32,000 bases of DNA from an uncultured archaeon (GCA_964354495.1 CAYHAA010000001.1:150001-182000); one strand, 5' to 3'. Positions 6,323-16,452 are shown, numbered from the stretch's first letter. Notes: a model not told the origin generated them from the sequence alone. Made by a program: numbers and translations.

Positions 6323-9300
6323 ATGAAGATACTGACTTCCATCGTATTGGCTCTGCTGCTCTGGTCCATGGTCACCGCAGTCATCCCAAGTTCTCTAGGA
6401 ACTGATTCTAGCTTCAAGCATTTCTCAACTAGCGCAAACGGGAATCAGATTCCTCTGAGAAGAGTCGCTCTTGTTGCTCCAAACGCATCCTCCTACATTG
6501 ACGAGTTCGCCTATTTCTCATCTATTCCAATGTCTGTGTTCAGTGAGAATGCCACTCAGTACATCTCGCCCCTCATCTATTCATCCGGTTCAGAGAGTGA
6601 AGAATGGTTTCTAGAGGATTGGATAGACTACCTCAGTGTAGATGGTGGACTTGTTCAAGCGACTGCCATAGGGAGTTTCTCAGAATCATATCTTACAGAG
6701 CTACAATACGAGATTGGCACTAGAATCTATCCTCGAATCGCTGGAGCAAGTTCAGCAGAGATTGCGGCGAGAATTGCAGTTTCAGAATGGCGTACTTCTG
6801 GGGCTGTCGTGCTCTCTCTTGCAAGAGATAGCTTTCAGGCAGGTGCGATTATCTCTGGAAATGGCAGTCATACTTTTCTGAATGATGCGACAGAAACAGA
6901 CACTTTTGGAGGGACTGTCATGGGTGTGACCGTGCCTTCCAGCATATCATTCCAGCCACCCACCTGGGCCGGTTGGCTTGAGGGCAGCTTCAACTGGACC
7001 GGCAATGAAATCATCACCCATGAGCTCGTCGACCCCACTGGTGAGATTGTCGATTATTCTGTATACACCCAAGTCTATTTCTCGAGACATCCTGCCTATG
7101 TAGAGAACGCAGTACCGCTGCATTTCTGGCTTCCGAAGACCACTGACGGTACGTGGACTATGAATCTCACGAGAGATACTCTAGGTTCCACGACTATGAG
7201 CTGCAGTGTTCTCTATCATCCGGGATTCACCGAGACGGTTTCTGTCCCCGCGAACTCCAAATGGTTGAACGTGTCATTGAACTGGGATAATGTCGCCACC
7301 GACCTCAATCTTGCGCTGATTGACCCGAATGGTCGTCTGGTTATGTGGGCTCCTGCAGGCAGCATTCTGGCCAATCCTGGCAGGGAATCCATCCAGCTTC
7401 CATACCCAATGGAGGGTGATTGGATCATCATAGCCTCATGGATAGATGCCACGAATGAGGAGAACAACATCGGGATCTCATGGAGGATATCGCAACTTCC
7501 AGCAGATATTCATCACTATCTTGAATCGGCATCAAACGCCGCAGTCCTTGCATCACTACTAAACGTACCTCTCCTGTATGTTGAACCTAACCAAATACCT
7601 GAAGTCACACAATGGGCGCTCGACCGACTTGGAGTAACCGAGGTTTGGCTTGTGGACAGTGGAGATCTGCAACAGACCGGGCTTGTCACTGACCTGACTA
7701 GCTTGTACACTCTTCAGAATCTTAATAGCTATGGTACAATGACCGGGAATATCACTGTGCTGTCAGGAAGTCCTGATGTCGTAGTCACTGTACCTACTGG
7801 TGATAGTAACGAGTTCTTTGGACCGGCAGCATACTCTGCGGCGGTCCACGGATCTCCGATATTCTCCCTGTGCGGCGATGACAACCAGATGACGACTCGT
7901 GCACAGGAAACTTGGGCTCCCTACCTCGTCGGTCCTGAGATCAACAATATCTATGTCATAAACAAGTATGAGAACCGTGCTGAGAACGGATGGTATGATG
8001 AGCGGATTCCGAACAAATACTCAATGATGGAATCTGTGAATGACTTTGAGAGCTTTCTTGCCGCCCGAGGGGCATACAACGCGACAGCGGTTCAGCCATG
8101 TGTCATCGTTGCACCAATGTCCCTTCTACCCTCGAGTTTCGATCGTTCGCTTCAATCAGCCTTCAATCCAGGGAGGATCCCAGCTGAGGACCCCTCAACT
8201 GCATCGATTCTCATCAACCGAGGTCTACTGCATAGGTATCTCTTCCTCATAGCAGACTCTGCGGGTACTGCTCTCACAAGCATGTATGCGTATACAGACG
8301 GAGCACAATTCGTTGACAATAGCCTACACTACTCCGTGCTATATCAAATAGAAAACAGTACGGATGCCCTCGAATCGGTTGGCTTCGAGATCGAGAGTCA
8401 TGTTGGCGCGACTGAAACCTTCAATGGACTGAACTCTCAGGTAGCATTCTGGTCCCTGAGCACACACGGGACACTGACAGTTCTACCCAGAGACCCCCCC
8501 GACCGACCGTACGGCCAAGGCTACATATCCATGAGATCGACAGACAGCCCATACGGTTTTGAAGAGAGTCTAGTCGTTCGAGAGAGTCCGGCGGATTCAG
8601 ACAAATTAGTCAATCCGGTTTCCTTCTCTGCAGAATCCTCGAATCACATCATACGGTCTACGGATGAGCTAGATGCTTCCATCGGCAATATTGGTTCGCC
8701 CATTGTCATTCTGACAGCATGTCTTCTTGGCGGTACTGACATGCCTCTTGTACTCATGCAGCATGGAGCAGTCGCTGTCACTGCATCTCCAAGAACCGTC
8801 TATTTCCAGCCAGCCGGGATGTTAGCAGTACTTGTCACTCAATCTCTCTGTGAGGGTAACGCAATTGGAGAATCTCTCTCCGCTGGTCTTTCCCTCACCT
8901 CATCCGACTATGCTAATCCATTGGTTGGTAGAGATCCTCGTGACTATGCCAACCAGCAGATTCTGTTTGGAGACCCATCCATTCGTCTCTACGAACCAAG
9001 CACCTCATTGCATGTCCAGGCTCTGGATTCAGCGTCTGAGGTCTTTGGCAATCATGTGCCGGGTCGTGGTGTATCATCTGTTGCAGTCCTTGGCGCTTCT
9101 TCATATCTGCCAGACGCGCTCGCTCCTTTGACAGTTGATTTTGATTACTACGAGTCCTCGAATTTCTCTGATTTTGTATCCCTCCTCCCACTTCGATACA
9201 CTGTCATAGTGGAACCAGAGACTCTCTCTCTCTTCTTTGAAGAAGACTTCGCATCGCACTCATCTGAGATTATTTCCTACATTCGTGCTGGGGGCGTTCT

Positions 9301-10135
9301 GGGCATACTTGGGATAGCCGGTTCTCTTGATTGGGCTCCATGGCCAATCACATTCGGCAATACGACAGATGTTGAACCGATATCCTATATTGAAGAATCC
9401 CACCCTCTGCTTACTATTCCCAATCTGATAAACACAACAAGCGATTATTACGGTTGTTTTGACTCAGGTTGGGGCAACTTCACAGTCCTTGCGGTGGCCG
9501 GCTCTAGCCCCGTCATTGTCGCAGGAACCTATGGGTCTGGAAAAGTCGTTTTGACTACCACAAGCCCGAATGGCACGGCCAGAGACGACTTTGTGGAAAA
9601 TGTTGTTAATTGGGGCTCAGCACCTTCGATACGACTCAGAGCAATCTTACTAAGCCAGTCTATCATCTGGGCAGGAGACCGTGTTGTCATCTTGATTAGA
9701 TTGTCTGACTTGGAAGGCAATCCAATCGAGTCTTCCAATTTTCAGCTATGGCTGAATGAAACAGAACTGAGTGTTGTCGAGGGTGAAAATGGCTACTACA
9801 GTGTGACAGTGAACGAAATATGGACAGCGAACAATGTAGGTCTGTTCGATATGAGATTCTACGTAAGCAAGAGCGGATATGACACTCTCTCCTTGACCTA
9901 CGAGAGGTATCTGCTGATACGTCCGTTTCCATGGACTGTGATTGGTATTCTCGGTGGCACTGTTGCTGTGGTCATCGGAGGCTGGATCTATCTCAAGCAC
10001 AAAGGAGGCGACTCATTCTCACTCCACAAGGATGACAGTAGAGACTCTAGATCGAAGAAACAAGAGAAAGAAGAGGAAAAGAAGCGGAAGGAAGAGGATG
10101 GCAAATTCGATGCAAAAGAGTTCTTTGGCGTCTGA
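6323..10135 (+). CDS. Large secreted, C-terminally membrane-anchored protein with a peptidase C25 (gingipain/caspase-fold)-like domain and PPC-like beta domains
   Basis: Signal peptide MKILTSIVLALLLWSMVTA. STHG (His 8465-67), ILTACLLG (Cys 8720-22) and ILFGDPSI. LNWDNVATDLNLALIDPNG module. TM helix WTVIGILGGTVAVVIGGWIYL then a K/E/D-rich tail. Confidence 0.8.
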   Translation: MKILTSIVLALLLWSMVTAVIPSSLGTDSSFKHFSTSANGNQIPLRRVALVAPNASSYIDEFAYFSSIPMSVFSENATQYISPLIYSSGSESEEWFLEDWIDYLSVDGGLVQATAIGSFSESYLTELQYEIGTRIYPRIAGASSAEIAARIAVSEWRTSGAVVLSLARDSFQAGAIISGNGSHTFLNDATETDTFGGTVMGVTVPSSISFQPPTWAGWLEGSFNWTGNEIITHELVDPTGEIVDYSVYTQVYFSRHPAYVENAVPLHFWLPKTTDGTWTMNLTRDTLGSTTMSCSVLYHPGFTETVSVPANSKWLNVSLNWDNVATDLNLALIDPNGRLVMWAPAGSILANPGRESIQLPYPMEGDWIIIASWIDATNEENNIGISWRISQLPADIHHYLESASNAAVLASLLNVPLLYVEPNQIPEVTQWALDRLGVTEVWLVDSGDLQQTGLVTDLTSLYTLQNLNSYGTMTGNITVLSGSPDVVVTVPTGDSNEFFGPAAYSAAVHGSPIFSLCGDDNQMTTRAQETWAPYLVGPEINNIYVINKYENRAENGWYDERIPNKYSMMESVNDFESFLAARGAYNATAVQPCVIVAPMSLLPSSFDRSLQSAFNPGRIPAEDPSTASILINRGLLHRYLFLIADSAGTALTSMYAYTDGAQFVDNSLHYSVLYQIENSTDALESVGFEIESHVGATETFNGLNSQVAFWSLSTHGTLTVLPRDPPDRPYGQGYISMRSTDSPYGFEESLVVRESPADSDKLVNPVSFSAESSNHIIRSTDELDASIGNIGSPIVILTACLLGGTDMPLVLMQHGAVAVTASPRTVYFQPAGMLAVLVTQSLCEGNAIGESLSAGLSLTSSDYANPLVGRDPRDYANQQILFGDPSIRLYEPSTSLHVQALDSASEVFGNHVPGRGVSSVAVLGASSYLPDALAPLTVDFDYYESSNFSDFVSLLPLRYTVIVEPETLSLFFEEDFASHSSEIISYIRAGGVLGILGIAGSLDWAPWPITFGNTTDVEPISYIEESHPLLTIPNLINTTSDYYGCFDSGWGNFTVLAVAGSSPVIVAGTYGSGKVVLTTTSPNGTARDDFVENVVNWGSAPSIRLRAILLSQSIIWAGDRVVILIRLSDLEGNPIESSNFQLWLNETELSVVEGENGYYSVTVNEIWTANNVGLFDMRFYVSKSGYDTLSLTYERYLLIRPFPWTVIGILGGTVAVVIGGWIYLKHKGGDSFSLHKDDSRDSRSKKQEKEEEKKRKEEDGKFDAKEFFGV

Positions 10136-10181
10136 TTCGTGCTTTCAATCAGAATGCACATTTGCCGTGCCTGCAATAAGG

Positions 10182-10189
10182 TTTTATAT
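10182..10189 (+). promoter_or_regulatory. TATA box of the roadblock gene
   Basis: TTTTATAT preceded by purine-rich CAATAAG, about 50 nt upstream of ATG 10236. Confidence 0.6.
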
Positions 10190-10235
10190 GTACTGCACAG
10201 ACTAGCCTTTGTTCGGATTGGCAGAGGGTTCTACC

Positions 10236-10598
10236 ATGTCCACTCGCGTTGACAGTATCAATAAAATCATCCGTGATTTTGAAACGGTCCCTGGTGTAGA
10301 GGGCGCCGCACTTGTGTCGCCTGACGGTCTCATGATTGCATCTGCCTTGCCCGAAAGCGAACAGGAAAATGTTGCCGCAATAAGCGCAGCGATTACATCT
10401 CTAGGAGAGAAGGCCACGGTAGAGCTAGACCGGGGAAGTCTCATGGAAATCTACGTAAAAGGTTCCAAAGGTTATACACTCATTACGTCTGTTGGAGACC
10501 GTGCAGTGTTCCTTGTCCTAGCAAAGGTCGATGCTCAACTGGGACTCATATTCATGGATATGAAACGGATGGCTGAAGCATTGCTCGAGATTCTCTGA
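10236..10598 (+). CDS. Roadblock/LC7 (MglB-like) domain protein
   Basis: VPGVEGAALVSPDGLMIAS...AAISAAITSLGEKATVEL...LGLIFMDMKRMAEAL. Start set at ATG 10236. Confidence 0.93.
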   Translation: MSTRVDSINKIIRDFETVPGVEGAALVSPDGLMIASALPESEQENVAAISAAITSLGEKATVELDRGSLMEIYVKGSKGYTLITSVGDRAVFLVLAKVDAQLGLIFMDMKRMAEALLEIL

Positions 10599-10610
10599 TT
10601 AGGTGCTGTA

Positions 10611-11882
10611 TCATCTCATTCTTTTGACTAAGACATCCACAATCTGGCGTGCAACTTCTCTCTTTGAGGCTAAGGGAACCTCGACCTTGAAGTCCTTTGG
10701 TCCTACGATGAGTACTTCGTTTGTGTCCGCTTCAAAGGCGACTCCTTTTTTCTGTTCGTCATTAGCGACGACCAGATTGCAGATTCCTGCATCTATTTTG
10801 GCTCTCGCTCGCTTCTCCAGCTCCTTGTCACTGACTCCTGATTCGACCTTGAAACCCACGATAAAGAGACTCTTGTATTTGTTTCTCGCCGCCTCGATGA
10901 TCTTCTTTGTAGGCACGAATTCCACAACGAAGTCGGTCTTTCCTGATACGATTTTTGTGTCTTCTTTCTTGGCTGGGACATAGTCTGAAACAGCTGCAGC
11001 AGAAACAAAACAGTCTGTCTTCTGAGAAGAGAGAGCTTTCATCACTGCATCCAGCATCTCCTCAGCGGTATTGACATTCACAACCTCGGCAAGCGCTGGC
11101 GGCTTTTGGGCGGTTGGACCGAGCACAAGGGTCACTGATGCTCCTCGTGAGATCAGTTCCTGCGCGACTGCAATTCCCATTTTGCCTGTTGAAGGATTCG
11201 TGATGAATCGCACCCTGTCAATCCATCCTCTGGTCGGACCAGCAGTTAACACAAAATGCTTTCCCTCAAGGTCTCTGGGTCCCAGTTTCGCTATTACATA
11301 GTCGACTATCACGTCAGTATCGGGAATCTTCGCCTTATCCTCCTCAAGTCGCGGGGGCACCACTCCAACTCCCATTGACTTGAGCTTCTCGATGTTCTCA
11401 ATGACTGCTGGGTGCTCGTACATTGACTCATGCATGGCTGGGACCACTATGACCGGAATGTGTGTGCCAATTGCTGATGATGCTGTGGTAGTCACAGGTG
11501 TATCATCAATACCCATTGCGACCTTGCCTATGGTATTTGCAGTTGCAGGCGCGATTAGGACCAAGTCGACATGGCCCTTATGCTTTCCAGCTAGAGTGAT
11601 GTGCTCAATCTGTCCTGTCAGCTCAACGACAACAGGATTACCAGTCGCCCACTCCAGAAGGTAGGGATGGATTATCTTCTGAGCCATTGCGCTCATAATC
11701 GGATAGACTTCTGCACCGTGGCGCATGAGCCTTCTCGCTAGAGCCACACATTCAACGGCAGCCACGCTTCCCGTCACACAGAGTGCAATGCTCTTCCCCT
11801 CAAGTGCTCGACTCAGAGTTCCTTTGATCAGTTTGGATGTATGTTCCATTGGACAAGACACCACTTGATAGTCTTCAGACAT
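10611..11882 (-). CDS. coaBC: Bifunctional phosphopantothenoylcysteine decarboxylase/synthetase
   Basis: CVTGSVAA, LIAPATANTIGK, PAMHESM, TAGPTRGWIDRVRFITNPSTGKMG, SAAAVSDY, VGFKVE, VVAND. Confidence 0.96.
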   Translation of the reverse strand: MSEDYQVVSCPMEHTSKLIKGTLSRALEGKSIALCVTGSVAAVECVALARRLMRHGAEVYPIMSAMAQKIIHPYLLEWATGNPVVVELTGQIEHITLAGKHKGHVDLVLIAPATANTIGKVAMGIDDTPVTTTASSAIGTHIPVIVVPAMHESMYEHPAVIENIEKLKSMGVGVVPPRLEEDKAKIPDTDVIVDYVIAKLGPRDLEGKHFVLTAGPTRGWIDRVRFITNPSTGKMGIAVAQELISRGASVTLVLGPTAQKPPALAEVVNVNTAEEMLDAVMKALSSQKTDCFVSAAAVSDYVPAKKEDTKIVSGKTDFVVEFVPTKKIIEAARNKYKSLFIVGFKVESGVSDKELEKRARAKIDAGICNLVVANDEQKKGVAFEADTNEVLIVGPKDFKVEVPLASKREVARQIVDVLVKRMR

Positions 11883-12096
11883 CCTTTACGAGGATAAGTG
11901 GTCGGATAAGACTTGTGGGTGACGTTTTGCTGACACTGGTATCGCCTATATTTCCGTGATTTTGTGCAAGTATACACAGGTGGGCAAAGAATATATGAGG
12001 CAAATAGGATGAGCGGGAGTAACGGTGGCGGCTTTTTCAGTGGATTTGCCGTCAATGAATGTGCGTATGAAGTAATCTTCGGTAGGTGCGGAACAC

Positions 12097-12933
12097 TTGG
12101 CAGGCTCTTCTCGCAACATGGATGAACTCATGAGGGGATTTCAGACCGAGAAGAAGACAAGGTTCCAGTCGTATGAGAAGGTTGTTTCTGCTCTGGGCAC
12201 TCCTACCCAATCGCTCTTTGTGACCGATAATGACAATGAGGTCGATACATTCCAACGCGACTTCAACGAGTTTCTTGTTTCGACAGGAAGAATGAAAGAG
12301 GGTTCGACAGATCTACCGTATCACATGGTGCGAATAGGCTACGATGGCGACATGCTTGATGACATGTTCCGACTTGTGGTTTCCGATGAATCTGACAACT
12401 TCACACCTGCATCGCTTGATCCCAATTCACTCTATTCAAAACAGGCCATCTTTCAGCATCTCTACCAGGCCATTAGCAAAGACAAGTTCATCATTTTTCA
12501 CATCACAGAGTTCCCACTTGCTTACTACTTTGAGACCGCCGTAGTAGTAGATGTTCAGGAGCTCTCAGATGTGATGGATCCATCAGTTCATGACGAGACC
12601 ATCGTACGGTACCTCAACGACCTTCGTGAGCAAGGGACAGAGGAACATAGAAAGACATACACCTTCTTTTACCGAATCAGTACGTCACTACTAATGGAGC
12701 TCTCCAATGTCTTCCTCGTGGTTCCTACCGCCGGAATGAACAGACATCTCGTGGTGACAAGCTGGCGCACACAGACCCTCCTCCTTGGTTTCAGTCCCCT
12801 GACATGGTCCTCGGGCAGCTTCAATGTCTTTGATTTGAGCGGGCGTGATATCGATGCTCGCTGGGCATATCCTGCACCACCAACCGCAGACCCACGGGTG
12901 AAACAATACACAAGTCTAGTGCCCATGAAGTAG
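12097..12933 (+). CDS. Hypothetical protein (278 aa; start TTG 12097 or ATG 12118)
   Basis: Long ORF with protein-like composition filling the gap between coaBC and pok. AGGTG lies 8 nt before the TTG. No motif recognised. Confidence 0.75.
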   Translation: MAGSSRNMDELMRGFQTEKKTRFQSYEKVVSALGTPTQSLFVTDNDNEVDTFQRDFNEFLVSTGRMKEGSTDLPYHMVRIGYDGDMLDDMFRLVVSDESDNFTPASLDPNSLYSKQAIFQHLYQAISKDKFIIFHITEFPLAYYFETAVVVDVQELSDVMDPSVHDETIVRYLNDLREQGTEEHRKTYTFFYRISTSLLMELSNVFLVVPTAGMNRHLVVTSWRTQTLLLGFSPLTWSSGSFNVFDLSGRDIDARWAYPAPPTADPRVKQYTSLVPMK

Positions 12934-13048
12934 GTTCAGATTCTGATTCTCTCTCTTCAACCATCATGTATATACATATATATACGCATCCTGTTTTATG
13001 TAAAGAATATTTAATAGCAACTCATTCGAGAATGCTTTAGCTCACACC

Positions 13049-13975
13049 TTGAGCAAGAGAAAGAATGTGCCAAAGGTTGCGCAGGCATTCGTTCCAGGTC
13101 ACATAACTGGATTCTTCAGAATCCATGATGATGCCGAGGATCCCCTCTTGCGCGGATCTACTGGTGCAGGCTTCTCTGTTAAAATTGGCACACACACAAC
13201 CGTCCGCATAATCGAGAATGACACATCAGGAATAACTACAATCTTCAATAATGAGGTAATTGATGCTCAAGTGACACACACGGTGGTACAAAGAATGGTC
13301 GAGAGATATAGGCGGCAGCTCAAGGTGAATGTTGTGCACAAGTCCTCTCTCCCATCAGGAGCCGGTTTTGGTTCATCTGGGGCTGGAGCCCTTGGCACAG
13401 CACTTGCTCTTGGCCATCTTCTGGACTCGGCAATGAGCTACGATGCCGCTGCATGCTACGCGCATGAGGCTGAGGTAGTTAACCACACAGGACTTGGTGA
13501 TGTTATTGCACAGACCAAGGGCGGTTTGGAGATTCGCGTTCATCCTGGCGGTCCTGGCATTGGCGAAGTGGTGAGAATGGACAATAGCGCCCCCGCATGC
13601 GTGGTCCTTGCAGGAGCTTCAGGGATATACACCCGAGATGTTCTAACAGATCCTGAGAGCCGCATTAGAATAAACAAAGCAGGCGACCGTCTTGTTCATA
13701 GAATGATGAAGAAACGTGACCTCAAAACATTCATCTCGTGCTCAAGGAAATTCACGGATTCCATCGGACTCGCAACAGAGAGGGTTGTCAATGCACTTCA
13801 CGACTTGGATGCTGCTGGATTCTCACAATCTAGTATGGTCATGTTAGGTGATTCCGTGTTCTGCTTCTGCGATGATAGCGAGTCCAGCACAGTGATTGGT
13901 GTTTTGGACGGATACTGGGACAGGTCTCAGGTGACAGCGACTTCAGTTTCAGACATAGGTGGGAGGTTGGTATGA
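13049..13975 (+). CDS. pok: Pantoate kinase (GHMP family)
   Basis: AFVPGHITGFF, GSTGAGFSV, LPSGAGFGSSGAGALG, AHEAEVVNHTGLGDV, MVMLGDSVF. TTG start. Confidence 0.92.
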   Translation: MSKRKNVPKVAQAFVPGHITGFFRIHDDAEDPLLRGSTGAGFSVKIGTHTTVRIIENDTSGITTIFNNEVIDAQVTHTVVQRMVERYRRQLKVNVVHKSSLPSGAGFGSSGAGALGTALALGHLLDSAMSYDAAACYAHEAEVVNHTGLGDVIAQTKGGLEIRVHPGGPGIGEVVRMDNSAPACVVLAGASGIYTRDVLTDPESRIRINKAGDRLVHRMMKKRDLKTFISCSRKFTDSIGLATERVVNALHDLDAAGFSQSSMVMLGDSVFCFCDDSESSTVIGVLDGYWDRSQVTATSVSDIGGRLV

Positions 13976-14787
13976 TGGTGGAGACTGAAATTCCTGCTGA
14001 CCACCCGCGAAAGGTGTCTCTAGATATCCGTGACAAGATTATTGCAGGTCACACGAATCATGTTGTTGTGACTGCTGGACTACTTGCACATGGTCGGGGT
14101 GAGGCCTTTGATTACCTCATCGGAGAACGGACAACAGAGCTGGCGGAAAAAGCCACCAACGCTGCAGTTGCTTCATTATTGCTTGCCAAGCATCCGGTGA
14201 TAAGCGTCAATGGAAATACATGTGCACTCGTTCCTAATGATCTAGTTGCACTCTCCGAGATCACTCATGCTCCCTTGGAGATCAACTTGTTCTATTATCG
14301 AGAAGACCGAGAGAATGCCATCATTCGTGTATTGAGAGCAGCTGGTGCAAAGGGAGTATTAGGCACGCGGGACCGACCATCCACTACGATTCCTGAACTC
14401 AGCAGCAATCGTCGCAAAGTTGATCCAGACGGGATTTGGACTGCAGATGTTGTGGTTGTTCCCTTAGAAGATGGAGACAGAACGGAGGCTTTGAAGTCCG
14501 AAGGGAAATTCGTGATTGCGATAGACCTGAATCCCATGAGCAGAACTGCCGTCTATGCTGATATCACCATCGTGGACAATGTTGTTCGGGCACTGCCTCT
14601 GATGGTCAAATATGCCTCGAAACTGAAAAAGAAGCCAAAGGGTGAGTTGCGCGAGATTGTTCGGAGTTTCGTCAACGATCAGAATCTTGGTCAATCAATT
14701 CGTTCTATTACATCGAGACTTGAGGAACTATCACGAGATGTTAGTGTCCTCCGTCAAAAGAAACCAGCTGGAGTGAGAAAATCATGA
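13972..14787 (+). CDS. pps: Phosphopantothenate synthetase (4-phosphopantoate--beta-alanine ligase)
   Basis: IPADHPRKVSL, GLLAHGRGEAFDYLIGE, PVISVNGN, EINLFY, ADVVVVPLEDGDR, IDLNPMSRT. ATGA overlap with pok. Confidence 0.95.
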   Translation: MMVETEIPADHPRKVSLDIRDKIIAGHTNHVVVTAGLLAHGRGEAFDYLIGERTTELAEKATNAAVASLLLAKHPVISVNGNTCALVPNDLVALSEITHAPLEINLFYYREDRENAIIRVLRAAGAKGVLGTRDRPSTTIPELSSNRRKVDPDGIWTADVVVVPLEDGDRTEALKSEGKFVIAIDLNPMSRTAVYADITIVDNVVRALPLMVKYASKLKKKPKGELREIVRSFVNDQNLGQSIRSITSRLEELSRDVSVLRQKKPAGVRKS

Positions 14788-15773
14788 ATATTGTTGTCTT
14801 GGGCTCTGGAGCCATTGGAAGCCTGTACGGTGCTTTTCTCAGCACTATTGAGAATAACAAAGTGATTCTTGTTGGCAGGAACCCTCACATAGCCGCGATT
14901 CGCACAAACGGTCTCACCATCCGAGGTGTCATGGGAGAGCATCTCTTTCATCTCGATGCGGTTGATGATGCATCTGAGGTCACTGAGGCAGACTTGATTC
15001 TGCTTACCACAAAGACCTATGATACGATCTCAGCAATCACTACTGCCAAACATCTTGTTGACACTGGCGCATATGTCCTCATAATCCAGAATGGAATTGG
15101 GACAGAGCAACTTGTGGCTGACGCGCTCAGCACAACACGAGTCCTGAGGGCAACAACCTGCATGGGAGCAGTGCGAACAGCACCTGGTGTTGTCACAGCA
15201 ACAGGCTGTGGTCTCACAGAGCTTGGTTCTCGCTTCCCTGAGAACTATGGGTTCGTCGAAATGATGACTGATATGTTCAGGAACTGTGGTTTTGATGTCC
15301 AATCAAGTCCAAACATCGAAGGTGTGGTCTGGACTAAGACACTTGTTAACTGCGGTATCAACCCTGTCGGAGCATTGACACGCCTCACCAATGGAGAAGT
15401 CTACAGGAATCACCAGCTGAGGCGACTTGTCATCAGACTGATTGAAGAGGCCATGAAGGTCGTGAATGCACTTGGTATCGAACTCACCACAGAGGACCCT
15501 GTACGTTATGCTCTCGGGACTGCTAAGGCCACTGGCAATAACATCAATTCGATGCTTCAGGACATTCTGGCACGAAAGCGAACCGAGATTGATGCAATCA
15601 CAGGAGAGATCATAAGACTTGGAAAGGAGCTTGGCATAGACACTCCTTCAAACGAAACTGTGTATGCTCTGATCAAGGCGATTGAAACTCAGTATCTGAA
15701 GGATCCCACGAGGTCTACTGTCATCAAGCATCTTGGGGTAGAAGAATTGGTTGATTCTCTCATTACATCCTGA
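14784..15773 (+). CDS. panE: Ketopantoate reductase (2-dehydropantoate 2-reductase)
   Basis: GSGAIGSLYG Rossmann motif, LTTKTYD, IQNGIG, WTKTLVNCGINP, SMLQDILARKRTEIDAITG. Confidence 0.93.
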   Translation: MNIVVLGSGAIGSLYGAFLSTIENNKVILVGRNPHIAAIRTNGLTIRGVMGEHLFHLDAVDDASEVTEADLILLTTKTYDTISAITTAKHLVDTGAYVLIIQNGIGTEQLVADALSTTRVLRATTCMGAVRTAPGVVTATGCGLTELGSRFPENYGFVEMMTDMFRNCGFDVQSSPNIEGVVWTKTLVNCGINPVGALTRLTNGEVYRNHQLRRLVIRLIEEAMKVVNALGIELTTEDPVRYALGTAKATGNNINSMLQDILARKRTEIDAITGEIIRLGKELGIDTPSNETVYALIKAIETQYLKDPTRSTVIKHLGVEELVDSLITS

Positions 15774-16452
15774 ACATTGATTTTGCGAGCTGATAGGAGG
15801 TCAGCGCGGACTTCCTTGCATTGTACTTCATTGCATTCATGTGTCCAGGAAGAGCGATTTCAAACTTCATCTCCGAGATTCGTTTCAGAGACTCTACAAG
15901 TTTCTTCGGACTGCCGGTGGGAAAATCCACTCTGCCGAAACTTCCTCCCGAAAACAGAGTGTCCCCTGTTAGAAGGATTCCTGTGTCCTCGAGCTCAATC
16001 GTGATACTACCTTCTGAGTGCCCCGGGGTATGGTAAACTCTCATCTTCACTTCTCCAAAGTCAAGTGATGAACCCTCCTCGAGCATGCCTTCCACTCTCA
16101 GTGGGGGTAATTCTGCCCCGAAGGTATCGCCCAAGGTTGAGCTCATATCTCCCCTATTGATGGGCTCTGCCTCTGCTCTGTGAAGGTATATTTTGGGCGA
16201 GCCAACCTCCAAAATAGGCACCACACCACCGATATGGTCGATGTGGGCGTGTGTGAGTATGATGTCAGTGATTGATGAGAGTGAGGATCCCAGACTGTGA
16301 AGCTCACTCTCAAGTGATTCCGCGTAGAGGCCAGTACCAGTGTCAACCAGAATGTGATAATCATTGGATTTTATGAAGGTAATATTAGAGTCGAAGGATC
16401 GGCTCACCAAGAAGTACACAGACTCTCTAATCTGATCAAACACGTCTATCAC
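15763..16452 (-). CDS. MBL-fold metallo-hydrolase (glyoxalase II-like)
   Basis: LVDTG, THAHIDHIGG, HTPGHSEGS, LTGDTLF, LPGH. Confidence 0.92.
   Translation of the reverse strand: MIDVFDQIRESVYFLVSRSFDSNITFIKSNDYHILVDTGTGLYAESLESELHSLGSSLSSITDIILTHAHIDHIGGVVPILEVGSPKIYLHRAEAEPINRGDMSSTLGDTFGAELPPLRVEGMLEEGSSLDFGEVKMRVYHTPGHSEGSITIELEDTGILLTGDTLFSGGSFGRVDFPTGSPKKLVESLKRISEMKFEIALPGHMNAMKYNARKSALTSYQLAKSMFRM

Noticed and set aside
12009-12125. 38-aa ORF overlapping the start of the 278-aa hypothetical
   Set aside because: Its ATG is too close to the ATATAT box to be transcribed from it, and no motif is recognisable.
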